From Dehalococcoidales bacterium (GTDB taxonomy: Bacteria; Chloroflexota; Dehalococcoidia; Dehalococcoidales; DAOWJC01), in NCBI GenBank assembly GCA_034411815.1, contig DAOUMH010000006.1, positions 1-49,049 of the forward strand: a stretch of 49,049 nucleotides of DNA. The letters are read 5' to 3'. The position numbers and the translations under genes were made by a program. Below the pieces are notes generated by a model. The model was not told the origin of the DNA. It made no database searches and was given only the letters and a program-made list of their open reading frames with translations. Below, one piece after another: positions 23,275-35,025 of the stretch (its first letter is position 1; each line of letters starts with the position of its first letter).

Positions 23275-23730
23275 ATGAGTAGAACAACCGGCAGAAGCTG
23301 GCTTTTAGCCATTATCCTTTTACTCCTGCCCCTGTATGGCTGTGGCTCACCACCGGATACGGGAAGGGTTACCCAGGTTATTGATGGCGATACCATTACC
23401 ATTGAGGGTGGTTACCGGGTAAGGTATATCGGAATTGATGCCCCGGAGACCTACCCCGAAGGGGAACCCTTCGGCACCGAGGCGCGGCAGGCTAACCGCA
23501 GCCTGGTAGAAGGCAGAGAGGTCTATTTAGAACGAGATGTGTCCGAGACAGATGAATACGGCCGTCTGCTGCGCTATGTATATGTGGACGGGGTGCTGAT
23601 CAATGCCGAGCTGATAAGGCAGGGGCTGGCCCGGGCTATAGCCTACCCCCCTGACACCAAACACCAAGACTACCTGGAGCAAATGGAGACCGAGGCAAGA
23701 GAATCCGGCAGGGGGATGTGGGCAAAGTAG
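23275..23730 (+). CDS. Thermonuclease (SNase-like) lipoprotein
   Basis: The signal peptide has a lipobox (LPLYGC). SNase motifs include DGDTI, VRYIGIDAPE and GRLLRYVY. Confidence 0.85.
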   Translation: MSRTTGRSWLLAIILLLLPLYGCGSPPDTGRVTQVIDGDTITIEGGYRVRYIGIDAPETYPEGEPFGTEARQANRSLVEGREVYLERDVSETDEYGRLLRYVYVDGVLINAELIRQGLARAIAYPPDTKHQDYLEQMETEARESGRGMWAK

Positions 23731-23815
23731 ATATTTCAAATATTAATACCCAGACTATATATTGAAAGTAGGTGGGTGATATAATTAGGCTGATAGGGTA
23801 ACAGGTGATAAGACG

Positions 23816-24859
23816 ATGCGCGAGGCGATGCTCTACGAAAAGCTCCCGAACTCCAGGGTGCAATGCAACACCTGCCAGTGGCGCTGCACCATAGAGCCCG
23901 ATAAGCTTGGTGTTTGCCGAATGTACCAGAACAAAAATGGCACCCTGTACAACCTGAACTACGCTCAGGCATCATCAATAAACGCCGACCCTATCGAAAA
24001 GAAGCCCCTGTTCCACTTCTTCCCGAACAGTCTGGCTTTCTCCCTAGGCACCTGGGGCTGCAACTTTCACTGCCAGCACTGCCAGAACTGGGAAATTTCT
24101 TCTGCTGAGACCGGGGAGCCATGGCGCAACTCTCAGGAGATTCAACCCCAAGCGGCAATAGACCTTGCCAAACACCACCACTGCGAGGGCATCGCCTGGA
24201 CATACAACGAGCCCGGTATCTGGTTTGAATATACCCTCGACTCAGCCAAGCTGGCCAAGGAGAATAACCTGTATACTGTCTATGTGACCAATGGCTACCT
24301 GACCCCCGAGGCACTGGATACCATTGGACCCTACCTGGATGCCTGGCGTGTCGATATTAAGGGTTTCTCCGACTCCTTCTACCAAAGGCTGGCAAGGGTC
24401 AGCCGCTGGCGAGGAATACTTGAGGTCACCAAGCAGGCCCAAGATAAGTGGAACATGCATATCGAGGTTATTACCAATATCATACCCACCATGAATGATG
24501 ATGACCAGCAACTTGAAGGCATTGCTAACTGGATACGAGCCGAGCTTGGTGAGCTAACCCCGTGGCATGTAACCAGATTCTACCCCAACCACCATATGAT
24601 GCATTTGCCCCCGACCCCTATATCCACCCTTGAGCATGCCTATGACATCGGGAGAAAAGCCGGTCTCAGGTTTATCTATGCCGGTAATGTCCCCGGCCAC
24701 CAGAGCGAAAACACCATCTGCTACTCCTGCGGTAAGCCCATCGTAGAGAGGTTTGGCTATCAAACCAAGGTCGTGGGTCTGGATGGGTCAAGGTGCAAGT
24801 TCTGCGGGGCAGAGCTTAACTTCAGGACACCCGAGACAAAAGGGGGGAGTCATGGTTAG
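23816..24859 (+). CDS. amrS: AmmeMemoRadiSam system radical SAM enzyme
   Basis: Has an N-terminal Cys cluster (CNTCQWRC..C) and the radical SAM motif [11 protein letters not shown]. The genomic context with MEMO1/AMMECR1 supports the call. Confidence 0.82.
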   Translation: MREAMLYEKLPNSRVQCNTCQWRCTIEPDKLGVCRMYQNKNGTLYNLNYAQASSINADPIEKKPLFHFFPNSLAFSLGTWGCNFHCQHCQNWEISSAETGEPWRNSQEIQPQAAIDLAKHHHCEGIAWTYNEPGIWFEYTLDSAKLAKENNLYTVYVTNGYLTPEALDTIGPYLDAWRVDIKGFSDSFYQRLARVSRWRGILEVTKQAQDKWNMHIEVITNIIPTMNDDDQQLEGIANWIRAELGELTPWHVTRFYPNHHMMHLPPTPISTLEHAYDIGRKAGLRFIYAGNVPGHQSENTICYSCGKPIVERFGYQTKVVGLDGSRCKFCGAELNFRTPETKGGSHG

Positions 24860-26159
24860 GAATCCGGTTGCATCGGGGCAATTCTATCCAGGCTCACCCT
24901 CCCAACTAAAGGCGATGATTAAAGGCCTTGTTGATGAGGAGGCAGTAAAAGAGGAGGTAATCGGCCTGATTTCACCCCACGCCGGGTATGCCTACTCGGG
25001 ACTGGTAGCCGCTGCCGCCATATCCAGAATCAGGTTTAAGGACACCTTTATCATTATGGGGCCTAACCACACCGGGGAGGGAAAACCGCTCAGTATTATG
25101 ACACAGGGGACATGGAAAACACCCCTGGGGAGGGTGAAGATTGATTCAGAGCTGGGCAAGCAGATTCTAGCCAACTCCAGCCACCTACAGGAAGACTATG
25201 AGGCCCACCAGCATGAGCACTCCATAGAGGTTCAACTCCCGTTTCTGCAATATTTCAAGCCGGATATCAAGCTAGTGCCCATCATACTCAGCTACTCCAG
25301 CGATACCACATATAAAGAAATCGGCAGGGAGCTTGCCCAAGCCATCAAGGATTTGAACAGAGAAGTGGTAATCATAGCCTCAAGCGACATGACCCACTAC
25401 GAATCACAGGAGTCAGCCAAGAGGAAGGATACCCAGGCTATAGACGCCATTCTGGCCCTAGATGAGGATGAGCTACTAAAACGCGTCAGGGAACTAAACA
25501 TATCAATGTGCGGCTACGCCCCGGCAGTCAGCCTCATATCTGCGGCCAGAGAGCTAGGGGCAACCGGAGCCGAGCTGGTCGGATACCAGACCAGTGGCGA
25601 CACCACCGGCGATTATACCAGCGTAGTCGGCTATGCCGGGGTAATAATAAAAGGGATGTCCCCACTGGTAAAATTAGCCAAGACAGCGGTGGAAAGCTCC
25701 ATAAGGGGAGCCAGGGCCCCCCAGCCAGAAGAGCTTACCCCTGAGATGAAACTTAAGGCCGGGGTCTTCGTCTCCATTCACAAGCTCGGCGAGCTGCGAG
25801 GCTGCATCGGCACCTTCGAGCCTACCAGAGATAATGTGGCTGAAGAAATCACCGCCAACGCCATAAGCTCAGCCACCAGAGACCCCCGCTTCCCACCCGT
25901 CGCTTCCAGCGAGCTTGAAGACCTTACCTACAGCGTGGATGTCCTGACCAAGCCTGAGCCGGTAGAGAGCCAGGATCAGCTGGACCCCAGAAAGTACGGG
26001 GTTATAGTAGAGTGCGGGGGCAGGCGGGGTCTGCTCCTACCTGACCTCGAGGGGGTAGATACGGTAGACTACCAGATTGACATCTGCCGCCAGAAAGCCG
26101 GCATAGAACCCGATGAACCAGTAAAGCTGTACAGATTTGAGGTGAGGAGATATAAGTAG
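24852..26159 (+). CDS. MEMO1-family (AmrB) and AMMECR1 (AmrA) fusion protein
   Basis: ATG at 24852 overlaps the amrS stop by 8 nt. The N-terminal part has [16 protein letters not shown] (MEMO1). The C-terminal part has [21 protein letters not shown] (AMMECR1). Confidence 0.82.
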   Translation: MVRNPVASGQFYPGSPSQLKAMIKGLVDEEAVKEEVIGLISPHAGYAYSGLVAAAAISRIRFKDTFIIMGPNHTGEGKPLSIMTQGTWKTPLGRVKIDSELGKQILANSSHLQEDYEAHQHEHSIEVQLPFLQYFKPDIKLVPIILSYSSDTTYKEIGRELAQAIKDLNREVVIIASSDMTHYESQESAKRKDTQAIDAILALDEDELLKRVRELNISMCGYAPAVSLISAARELGATGAELVGYQTSGDTTGDYTSVVGYAGVIIKGMSPLVKLAKTAVESSIRGARAPQPEELTPEMKLKAGVFVSIHKLGELRGCIGTFEPTRDNVAEEITANAISSATRDPRFPPVASSELEDLTYSVDVLTKPEPVESQDQLDPRKYGVIVECGGRRGLLLPDLEGVDTVDYQIDICRQKAGIEPDEPVKLYRFEVRRYK

Positions 26160-26195
26160 GGGGGATTAGTATAAGGAAAAAGAATCTAGGAGGGT

Positions 26196-27665
26196 ATGAT
26201 GATTACTCTGCAAGGCATGCAATTAAAACAAAAGGGGTATACCCTATATCTGACTAGTGCCACAGTGGAAGAAATTAAGAAGTGGTTTGATGCTGGTAAT
26301 GTCTATGCCGATATTTGGAAGAGAGAAAAAGAAGAAGGTTATCAAAGGGAGCCCAATAAGACAAGGTTCAAAGAAATCGCGGAATATCTAGAGGGGAAAT
26401 TGGAGATTGAAGAAACCCTGTTCCCTAGTTCTGTAATCCTAAACATACGGCAAAAAGGAACTATAGAATTCAAAGCCTTCGAAAAATCCCAGAGCAAGAA
26501 ACCTATAGAATCGGGCGAGATTCTAATTGATGACGAAGCCTTGCCTTTTTGTGAAGTTGACGGACAGCACCGTGTACGAGGGTTGATTGAAGCATATAAA
26601 GAACTCAAAGAAAAACAACTAGACGATTTCGAAGAGATTAAATCTTACCCGGTCCCGCTTACAATTATTGAAGGGCTAGACCGCCCCACAGAAGCAATTC
26701 AATTTGTTGTAATAAATAGCACTCAGAGAAAAGTTGACCCTGCTTTAGCGCTGAGAATTCTTTATAAACGTTGGAGGGATAAGGGTGAAAAATTAGAGTT
26801 CTTTTTAAGGAGGGGAAAAGCTTGGCGGCTTTATGCAGTGGACATATGTAACCATCTTAATTCTGCCGTAGATTCACCTTGGTGTGACAAAATTATTGCA
26901 CCGGGGGACGAACGCAAGGGCCGAGTAATAAGTGAACAAAATTTTGTAAACACATTGGAAACAGTTTATTCCAAAATGGAACGTGACGAAATAAAGAGTT
27001 ACTTACCTCTGTACTGGAAAGCTATTGCAAGCGCAAGTCTATGGCAAGAATGTGTGGGTGAAAATGCTAAGAAGTATTCCTTGCAACGCACAAACGGAAC
27101 TAGCGTTCTTCATTGGTTGTTTCCTTTTGTCTACTTCAAAAGCAAAAGTCTCGGCGGTGTTAAGCTTAAAACATTTATAGAAACCCTTAAACCTATAAGA
27201 AAAAAGTGGCTCCCATTATTCTGGGAAAGAGGCGGGCAAGCAAAATTATATACCAGTAGAGGCAGCCAACAAGAACTTGTAGATAAGATGATTGCATCCA
27301 CTCTCCCCGGTAAAGAACTTAAGCTAGCGAAATTTAAAGGTCTAGAGGGTAGTAAGGAAGCAAAAATCTGGGATACTGCTTCCAAGCTCCTCTCGCTACG
27401 GCTATACCATTTATTTACTAGTGAAAAATTAAGTAGCATTGATGCTGTAGCTACAGGAGTTTATGTTTTCTATTCGTTTACAAAGCAGAAATTCTATGTG
27501 GGGCGCTCAGAGAAAGCCGACCTAAAATCACGACTACAGAATCATTTTCAGAATAAAGAGAATGAGTATCATATTTTTAACTACCGTTTATGCAAAGAGC
27601 CTAAAGAAGCACATGATTTCGAGTGTGCACTATATCACTTATTACCTAATCACCCCTACTCTTGA
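26196..27665 (+). CDS. DGQHR-domain (DndB/ParB-Srx-like) protein fused to a C-terminal GIY-YIG nuclease domain
   Basis: DGQHR-domain motifs are EGYQREPNKTR, FCEVDGQHRVRGL and FVVINSTQRKV. GIY-YIG motifs are GVYVFY, FYVGRS, RLQNH and FECALYH. RBS is AGGAGGG. The gene is AT-rich compared with its flanks. Confidence 0.72.
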   Translation: MMITLQGMQLKQKGYTLYLTSATVEEIKKWFDAGNVYADIWKREKEEGYQREPNKTRFKEIAEYLEGKLEIEETLFPSSVILNIRQKGTIEFKAFEKSQSKKPIESGEILIDDEALPFCEVDGQHRVRGLIEAYKELKEKQLDDFEEIKSYPVPLTIIEGLDRPTEAIQFVVINSTQRKVDPALALRILYKRWRDKGEKLEFFLRRGKAWRLYAVDICNHLNSAVDSPWCDKIIAPGDERKGRVISEQNFVNTLETVYSKMERDEIKSYLPLYWKAIASASLWQECVGENAKKYSLQRTNGTSVLHWLFPFVYFKSKSLGGVKLKTFIETLKPIRKKWLPLFWERGGQAKLYTSRGSQQELVDKMIASTLPGKELKLAKFKGLEGSKEAKIWDTASKLLSLRLYHLFTSEKLSSIDAVATGVYVFYSFTKQKFYVGRSEKADLKSRLQNHFQNKENEYHIFNYRLCKEPKEAHDFECALYHLLPNHPYS

Positions 27666-27807
27666 ATAAAGACCATCCTAGCGCTTTCGTTGACAGGAAG
27701 TGCCCATTTTGTTCAACTTCAGAATCATCTTAGCACAAAGAAAAGGGGAGAGAGCGACGTTACCATAAGTCTGACGAGGTTCCCAAATAATCTCCACGGT
27801 AAAACTA

Positions 27808-27854
27808 TTGACAAAGAGGCAATTTTAGTATATTATAAATGATAATAATTTTCA
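27808..27854 (+). promoter_or_regulatory. fur-family gene promoter (TTGACA-17 nt-TATTAT) with a 7-1-7 Fur-type box TGATAATaATTTTCA (27840-27854)
   Basis: Read directly from the sequence. The box sits just downstream of the -10 and 13 nt before the ATG. Confidence 0.6.
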
Positions 27855-27867
27855 TTTAGAGCTTGAG

Positions 27868-28293
27868 ATGAGACTTACCGAGAGAAAGGTAGCCACCAGA
27901 CTAAGGCAGCACGGCTATAAGCTTACCCAACAGCGGCGGGCGGTGATTCAAACCATCATTAACAGCCAGGACCACCTGACCCCGGCTGCCATATACGAGA
28001 AGGTTCAACAGGACCACGCTGATATTGGGCTGGCAACCGTCTACCGCACCCTTGACATACTTGCCAGGCTAGAACTCATCTGTGAACTGCACACCGGGGA
28101 CAGCTGCCGTAGCTACACGGTTGGCGCCCTGGGCCATCACCACCACCTGATTTGCTCCGGCTGTGGCAGGGTGGTTGACTTCCTAGGCTTCGACCTGGAG
28201 GAAGTGGAGCAAGACCTATCCAGAGAGACCGGCTTCAGAATAGATAGCCACCTGCTTGAGTTCACCGGCCTCTGTCAAGCCTGTCAGAAATAG
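27868..28293 (+). CDS. Fur-family metalloregulator (Fur/Zur/PerR type not resolved)
   Basis: Carries a winged helix (LTQQRRAVIQ..ATVYRTLD), a HHHH.C..C motif and a C-terminal C..C. Confidence 0.9.
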   Translation: MRLTERKVATRLRQHGYKLTQQRRAVIQTIINSQDHLTPAAIYEKVQQDHADIGLATVYRTLDILARLELICELHTGDSCRSYTVGALGHHHHLICSGCGRVVDFLGFDLEEVEQDLSRETGFRIDSHLLEFTGLCQACQK

Positions 28294-28312
28294 GCGACAT
28301 ATGACCTCATCA

Positions 28313-28340
28313 AACACTGTAGTTAGGCAGTGTTATTTTT
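28313..28340 (+). terminator. Rho-independent terminator after the fur-family gene
   Basis: AACACTG, an 8-nt loop, then CAGTGTT, followed by ATTTTT. Confidence 0.5.
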
Positions 28341-28350
28341 ATACTCTTAA

Positions 28351-28365
28351 TGAAAATAGTTTTCA
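28351..28365 (+). promoter_or_regulatory. Second 7-1-7 Fur-type box TGAAAATaGTTTTCA upstream of the membrane-protein gene
   Basis: Read directly from the sequence. It lies 17 nt upstream of the ATG at 28383. Confidence 0.55.
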
Positions 28366-28382
28366 ATTAGCACAGGGGGAAA

Positions 28383-29006
28383 ATGTTCAGACGAATAGCC
28401 AGTGAACTTGCCAGACACATCCCGTTCACCACCTTCGGGGCCATTACCGGGATTATAATCATGGTTATAATAATCTTCGCTAATGTTCTACCCCAGGTTT
28501 CCCAGGTTTCTCAAACCGTCTTTTATACCCTGCACCCACTTCATGTTCTACTGAGTGCTATGGTGACCACAGCCATGTATAAAAAATATAGTGCTGGCAA
28601 GCTCTGGATAGCGATTCTGGTCGGTTACCTCGGCTCCATCGGCATAGCCACCATAAGCGATTCTATAATTCCCTACCTGGGGGAAACGCTAATGGTGCTA
28701 CCAAACAGGGAAATTCACATCGGCTTCATTGAAGAGTGGTGGATAGTGAACCCTGCAGCACTGGTCGGTATTATTATTGGCTACTTAAAACCCACCACGA
28801 AATTCCCACATTACGGGCATGTGTTGATAAGCACCTGGGCATCCCTATTCCACATCATTATGGCATTGGGTACAGCGACAAACTGGCTCACAATGCTTGG
28901 CATATTCCTGTTCCTATTCCTCGCTGTTTGGCTGCCCTGCTGTCTGAGTGATATAATCTTCCCTCTTCTGTTCGTAAAGAAGAGATTGCCCCCGCAGAAT
29001 ATATAG
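28383..29006 (+). CDS. Polytopic His-containing membrane protein, possible metal transporter under Fur-family control
   Basis: A 207-aa protein with about 6 TM segments. His-containing motifs are TLHPLH, HIGFIEEWW and HYGHVLISTWASLFH. No family was recognised; the functional suggestion comes only from the operator box. Confidence 0.5.
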   Translation: MFRRIASELARHIPFTTFGAITGIIIMVIIIFANVLPQVSQVSQTVFYTLHPLHVLLSAMVTTAMYKKYSAGKLWIAILVGYLGSIGIATISDSIIPYLGETLMVLPNREIHIGFIEEWWIVNPAALVGIIIGYLKPTTKFPHYGHVLISTWASLFHIIMALGTATNWLTMLGIFLFLFLAVWLPCCLSDIIFPLLFVKKRLPPQNI

Positions 29007-29027
29007 CATATAATCAACACTTGGAAG

Positions 29028-29873
29028 GTGGATAAAGTGAAGCTTCGCATTACCACCCTGAGTGAAAACACAGCCGCTGGCAGCGACCTGCTGGCTGAGT
29101 GGGGGCTGAGTGTCCTGGTAGAAACAGATAATGCCAACATCCTGCTTGATACCGGACAAAGCATATCAGCCAGCTACAATGCCGACATCCTCGGCATTGA
29201 CCTGAATAAAATTGATAAGATTGTCCTGAGTCACGGCCACTACGACCACACCGGCGGTCTGCGCCAAGTCCTGCGCAAGATGAATAAAGGGGTAGAGATA
29301 GTAGCCCACCCCGATATATGGGCAGCCAAGTATGCCCGCCAGCAGAACCGAGCCGAGAGGTATATAGGCATACCATTCTGCCGTCAGGAGCTGGAGAGCC
29401 TTGGTGCCGCCTTCAACCTGACCACAGAGCCAACAAAAATAACCGACCGCATAATGACTACTGGTGAGATTCCGATGGTAACCGAGTTCGAGGAGATAGA
29501 CCCCCCCCTGCTGGTAAAAGACGATGGCGGCTGGCAACCTGACGAGCTTCTAGACGACCAGGCACTCATCATCAGCACTGAGGCGGGGCTGGTTGTCATC
29601 TCAGGCTGTGCCCACCGCGGCATCATCAACACCCTCTATTACGCCCAGCAGCTTACCGGGATAAAACAGATACACACGGTAGTGGGCGGCTCCCATCTCA
29701 CCGGTGCCTCCGAAGAGCGCGTCTGGCAGACAATCACCGCCCTGAGAGAGCTTGATGTCCAGAGGCTAGGATTGTGCCACTGCACCGGGCTACCAGCAAT
29801 GGAGTTAGTATCTCAGGAACTCGGCGACAGATTTTTCTTTAATAACGCCGGTACCAGAATCGACCTGTCATAA
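29028..29873 (+). CDS. MBL-fold metallo-hydrolase (COG1237-like)
   Basis: Carries the motif [11 protein letters not shown]. Starts with GTG. Confidence 0.8.
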   Translation: MDKVKLRITTLSENTAAGSDLLAEWGLSVLVETDNANILLDTGQSISASYNADILGIDLNKIDKIVLSHGHYDHTGGLRQVLRKMNKGVEIVAHPDIWAAKYARQQNRAERYIGIPFCRQELESLGAAFNLTTEPTKITDRIMTTGEIPMVTEFEEIDPPLLVKDDGGWQPDELLDDQALIISTEAGLVVISGCAHRGIINTLYYAQQLTGIKQIHTVVGGSHLTGASEERVWQTITALRELDVQRLGLCHCTGLPAMELVSQELGDRFFFNNAGTRIDLS

Positions 29874-29880
29874 GGAGACG

Positions 29881-30804
29881 ATGACGAATCTTTCAGTCCA
29901 ACTAGCCCCCAAGAATAAACAGGGGTTATCGCTAACCAACCCGGTGATGACGGCTTCAGGCACCTTTGGCTACGGCACGGAGCACAGCCAGCTGCTTGAT
30001 ATCCAGAAGCTGGGGGCTATCGTGTGCAAGGGGACCACCCTTGAACCCAGAGAGGGTAACCCCCAGCCCAGACTCGCCGAGACAGCCTATGGCCTGCTTA
30101 ATTCGATTGGCTTGCAGAACATCGGCGTTGAAGCCTTAATCAGGGAAAAGGCACCAATCTGGGCAGGCTGGCAGGTGCCGGTCATCGTTAACATCGCCGG
30201 TGAAAAGGTTAACGATTACGCCCGGCTAGCCGATAGGCTGGATGGGGTAGCCGGAGTCAGCGCTATTGAAGTAAATATCAGTTGCCCCAATATTAGAGCC
30301 GGAGGGGCCGAGTTTGGTGCCAGCCCCAAATCAGCCGCCGCGGTAACCACCGCTGTCAGGAGAGCAACCTCTCAGCCGGTACTGGTCAAGCTCACCCCGA
30401 ACACCAGTAACATAGTCGAGGTAGCTATGGCCGTGGCTGAAGCCGGAGCCGATGCCATCTCCCTCATCAATACCCTAAAGGGAATAGCCATAGATATCAC
30501 CAGGCGCAGACCCCTGTTGGGTAATATAATCGGCGGGCTATCCGGACCGGCAATAAAACCGGTGGCACTATGTATGGTATATGAGGTAGCCAGAGCAGTA
30601 GAACTGCCAATTATCGGCTGTGGTGGTATTACTACTGCCAGCGATGCTATAGAATTCATTATGGCTGGAGCCAGTGCTATCCAAGTAGGCACTGCCAGCT
30701 TTACCAACCCCCGGGCTCCGCTTGATGTCCTTGAGGGAATAGAGCAATTTATGAGCAAGGAGAGGATAAACAACCTAGCCGAACTCATCGGCTCTGCCGT
30801 GTAG
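29881..30804 (+). CDS. pyrD: Dihydroorotate dehydrogenase catalytic subunit (class 1B type)
   Basis: Motifs are [13 protein letters not shown], the catalytic-Cys region EVNISCPN, and GGI..DA.EF..AGA. Confidence 0.92.
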   Translation: MTNLSVQLAPKNKQGLSLTNPVMTASGTFGYGTEHSQLLDIQKLGAIVCKGTTLEPREGNPQPRLAETAYGLLNSIGLQNIGVEALIREKAPIWAGWQVPVIVNIAGEKVNDYARLADRLDGVAGVSAIEVNISCPNIRAGGAEFGASPKSAAAVTTAVRRATSQPVLVKLTPNTSNIVEVAMAVAEAGADAISLINTLKGIAIDITRRRPLLGNIIGGLSGPAIKPVALCMVYEVARAVELPIIGCGGITTASDAIEFIMAGASAIQVGTASFTNPRAPLDVLEGIEQFMSKERINNLAELIGSAV

Positions 30805-30880
30805 ACAAGGTTGCAATGACCTGCTCAAAATGGTATAATACTGGAAACAGTTAAGCAAAGTAACAAATCTGAACCTTTAA

Positions 30881-32519
<1,639 letters not shown>

Positions 32520-32523
<4 letters not shown>

Positions 32524-33839
32524 AGCCCTTACTTATCCAAGACGGTCATATAATTGACCCCAGCCAGGGGATAGACGAGACTGGCAGTTTGCTCATCACC
32601 CAGAGCAAAATCTCATGGCTGGGCAAAGGAGAAGCAACCCCACCCCCCTCAGATTATGACATCCTCCCTGCCCGAGGGCTGATAGTCTGCCCCGGGTTTA
32701 TTGACCTCCACTGCCATCTCAGGCAGCCCGGCTTCGAGGAGAAGGAAACTATCGCTACCGGAACCCGGGCCGGAGCCAGAGGTGGCTTTACCACCATCTG
32801 CTGTATGCCCAATACCACCCCCCCCCTGGATAACCAGCCTGCCATAGAATATGTAAAATCAAAGGCGGCTGCAGAAGGCGTGATTCGCGTCCTGCCCATA
32901 GGCTGCGTCTCCAAGAGCAGGAAGGGGGAGGAGCTAGCCGAGATAGGTGAAATGGCCTCAGCCGGTGTGGTGGGTCTCAGCGATGATGGCGAGCCGGTAG
33001 CAAACCCCCACCTTATGCGCCAGGCACTGGACTACAGCCGTGCCTTCAACCTGCCCGTTATCAACCACTGCGAGGATACAGCCCTCACCGAGGGGGGACA
33101 GATGAACGAGGGCATAATATCAACCAGGCTCGGCCTCCACGGGATACCTGCCGCCGCCGAGGAGATTATGGTCGCCCGTGACCTGGCCCTCGCCCAGCTT
33201 ACCGGGGCCTGGTTGCATATCGCCCATGTCAGCAGTGAAGGTTCAGTTGAGCTTATTCGCCGCGCCAAGGAAAAGGGCGTTCAAGTTACTGCCGAGGTTA
33301 CGCCGCACCACCTGACCCTGACCGAGGAAAAGGTCTTTGGCTACGATACCAATGCCAAGGTAAACCCGCCCCTGAGAACCGGGAGGGATATTCAGGCCCT
33401 GATTCAGGGGCTCAGGGAAAACGTGATTGACATTATTGCTACCGACCATGCCCCCCACACCGAGGCCGAAAAGCTGTGTGAGTTTGCCCTCGCCCCCTCC
33501 GGCATCAGCGGTTTGGAAACCGCCCTGGGCAGCCTTATGAGCCTGGTGCACAACGGGCAACTAACCCTGCTGGCTCTTGTCTCCAAGCTTACCCAAGAGC
33601 CAGCCAGGATTATCGGCGGTAAATATGGGAAGCTGGGGACACTGGCTATTGGAGCCACGGCTGATATTACCATATTCGACCCCAATCTGGAGTGGGTGGT
33701 AGATACCAGGGCTTTTGCCTCTAAAGGCAAGAACACCCCACTGGCCGGCTCCCTACTCAAAGGCAAGGTAATAGCAACCATATTTCAGGGAACGCCGGCC
33801 TACAAAGATGAGTCCATCAAGCTTGGAGCAAAGAGGTGA
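32520..33839 (+). CDS. pyrC: Dihydroorotase
   Basis: Motifs are [10 protein letters not shown] and ATDHAPH. There is a 4-nt overlap with pyrB. Confidence 0.93.
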
Positions 33840-33842
33840 ATC

Positions 33843-34937
33843 GTGGCTGAAAAAGCAATCCTAGCTCTGGAAGACGGCTCGGTTTATGAAGGCTACTCCT
33901 TTGGCGCCGGGGCTGGTGCCCACGGTGAGGTGGTATTTAACACCAGCATGACCGGCTATCAGGAGATGCTAACCGACCCCTCCTATGCCGGACAGATTGT
34001 AGTCCCCACCTACCCCCTTATTGGTAACTACGGGGTAAATGAGCAGGACTTTGAGTCAGCCAGAATTCAGGTTCGCGGCTTCGTGGTCAGGGAGGAGTGC
34101 CTGGAGCCCAATCACTATCTCAGCAAAAGAACCCTCCACCGGTATCTGGCCGAAAGCGGCATAACCGGGATTTACGGCGTGGATACCCGGGCTATTACCC
34201 GCAAACTGCGCTCGGCAGGGGTGATGACGGGTATTATTACCAGCGATAAAACCCCGCAGCAGGCTTTAGAGGAATTAAAGAACCTGCCTGATTACGGCTC
34301 AACCGATTTCGCCAGGCAGGTAACCACCGACGCCCCCTATCAATGGGAGCCGGACCTTGATAATGCCGATTCTCTGTTCAACATAGTTGTCCTGGACTGC
34401 GGGCTGAAATACACCATCCTGCGCATGATGCGCCGGATGGGGTGCCGGGTAACGGCTGTCCCCTGCACCATGCCTGCTGAAGAAATCCTCAGGCTAAAAC
34501 CGGACGGCATTATTCTCTCCCCCGGCCCGGGTAACCCTGAGATGCTGGATTACATAGTGGATACGGTCAAGCTTATCATCGGCAAGAAGCCAATTATGGG
34601 CATATGTATGGGGAACCAGATTATCGCCCGCGCCTTCGGCGCCAGGACATTCAAGCTGAAGTTCGGGCACCGCGGGGCGAACCACCCCGTCCGCGACCTC
34701 TCCGATGGACGAATCCATATCACCGCCCAGAACCACGGTTACGCCACCGACCCCGACACCCTTCCCAATGAGCTGGAGGTCAGCCATGTAAACCTGAATG
34801 ACGGCACGGTAGAGGGCCTGCGACATAAAGAGCTACCAATCTTCTCCATCCAGTACCACTCGGAAGCCTCCCCCGGCCCCCTGGACAACACCTACCTGTT
34901 TGAGAGGTTCCTAGAGATGGTGAGGGAGGATAAGTGA
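33843..34937 (+). CDS. carA: Carbamoyl-phosphate synthase small (glutaminase) subunit
   Basis: Starts with GTG. The catalytic Cys is in GICMGNQ. The protein ends with the QYHSEASPGP motif. Confidence 0.95.
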   Translation: MAEKAILALEDGSVYEGYSFGAGAGAHGEVVFNTSMTGYQEMLTDPSYAGQIVVPTYPLIGNYGVNEQDFESARIQVRGFVVREECLEPNHYLSKRTLHRYLAESGITGIYGVDTRAITRKLRSAGVMTGIITSDKTPQQALEELKNLPDYGSTDFARQVTTDAPYQWEPDLDNADSLFNIVVLDCGLKYTILRMMRRMGCRVTAVPCTMPAEEILRLKPDGIILSPGPGNPEMLDYIVDTVKLIIGKKPIMGICMGNQIIARAFGARTFKLKFGHRGANHPVRDLSDGRIHITAQNHGYATDPDTLPNELEVSHVNLNDGTVEGLRHKELPIFSIQYHSEASPGPLDNTYLFERFLEMVREDK

Positions 34938-35025
34938 GCAATGAAAAAGGAATACTGTCACAGCTTTCCCCCTTTATAAAAGGGGGATTGAGGGGGATTT
35001 AACAGGTATGAAGGGGGTGAAGTAG

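Noticed and set aside
23731-23743. The palindrome ATATTTcAAATAT after the SNase gene stop.
   Set aside because: It is short, made only of A/T, and lies in an AT-rich spacer. It is likely to arise by chance and has no adjacent promoter with proper spacing.
26196-27665. Reading the DGQHR protein as DndB, the regulator of a phosphorothioation (dnd) cluster.
   Set aside because: No dndA, dndC, dndD, dndE, dndFGH, ssp or dpd genes are in the flanks. The protein carries its own nuclease domain and sits alone in an AT-rich islet.
27647-27733. A possible frame-shifted 3' extension of the GIY-YIG ORF. In the -1 frame the sequence reads ..LLLNKDHPSAFVDRKCPFCSTSESS* with a CPFC knuckle, and LLNKDHP echoes the in-frame LLPNHP.
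   Set aside because: This rests on resemblance only. There is no homopolymer or slippery site at the junction and no way to verify it without homolog alignment. It is kept as a caveat that the GIY-YIG domain may be C-terminally truncated or mis-framed.
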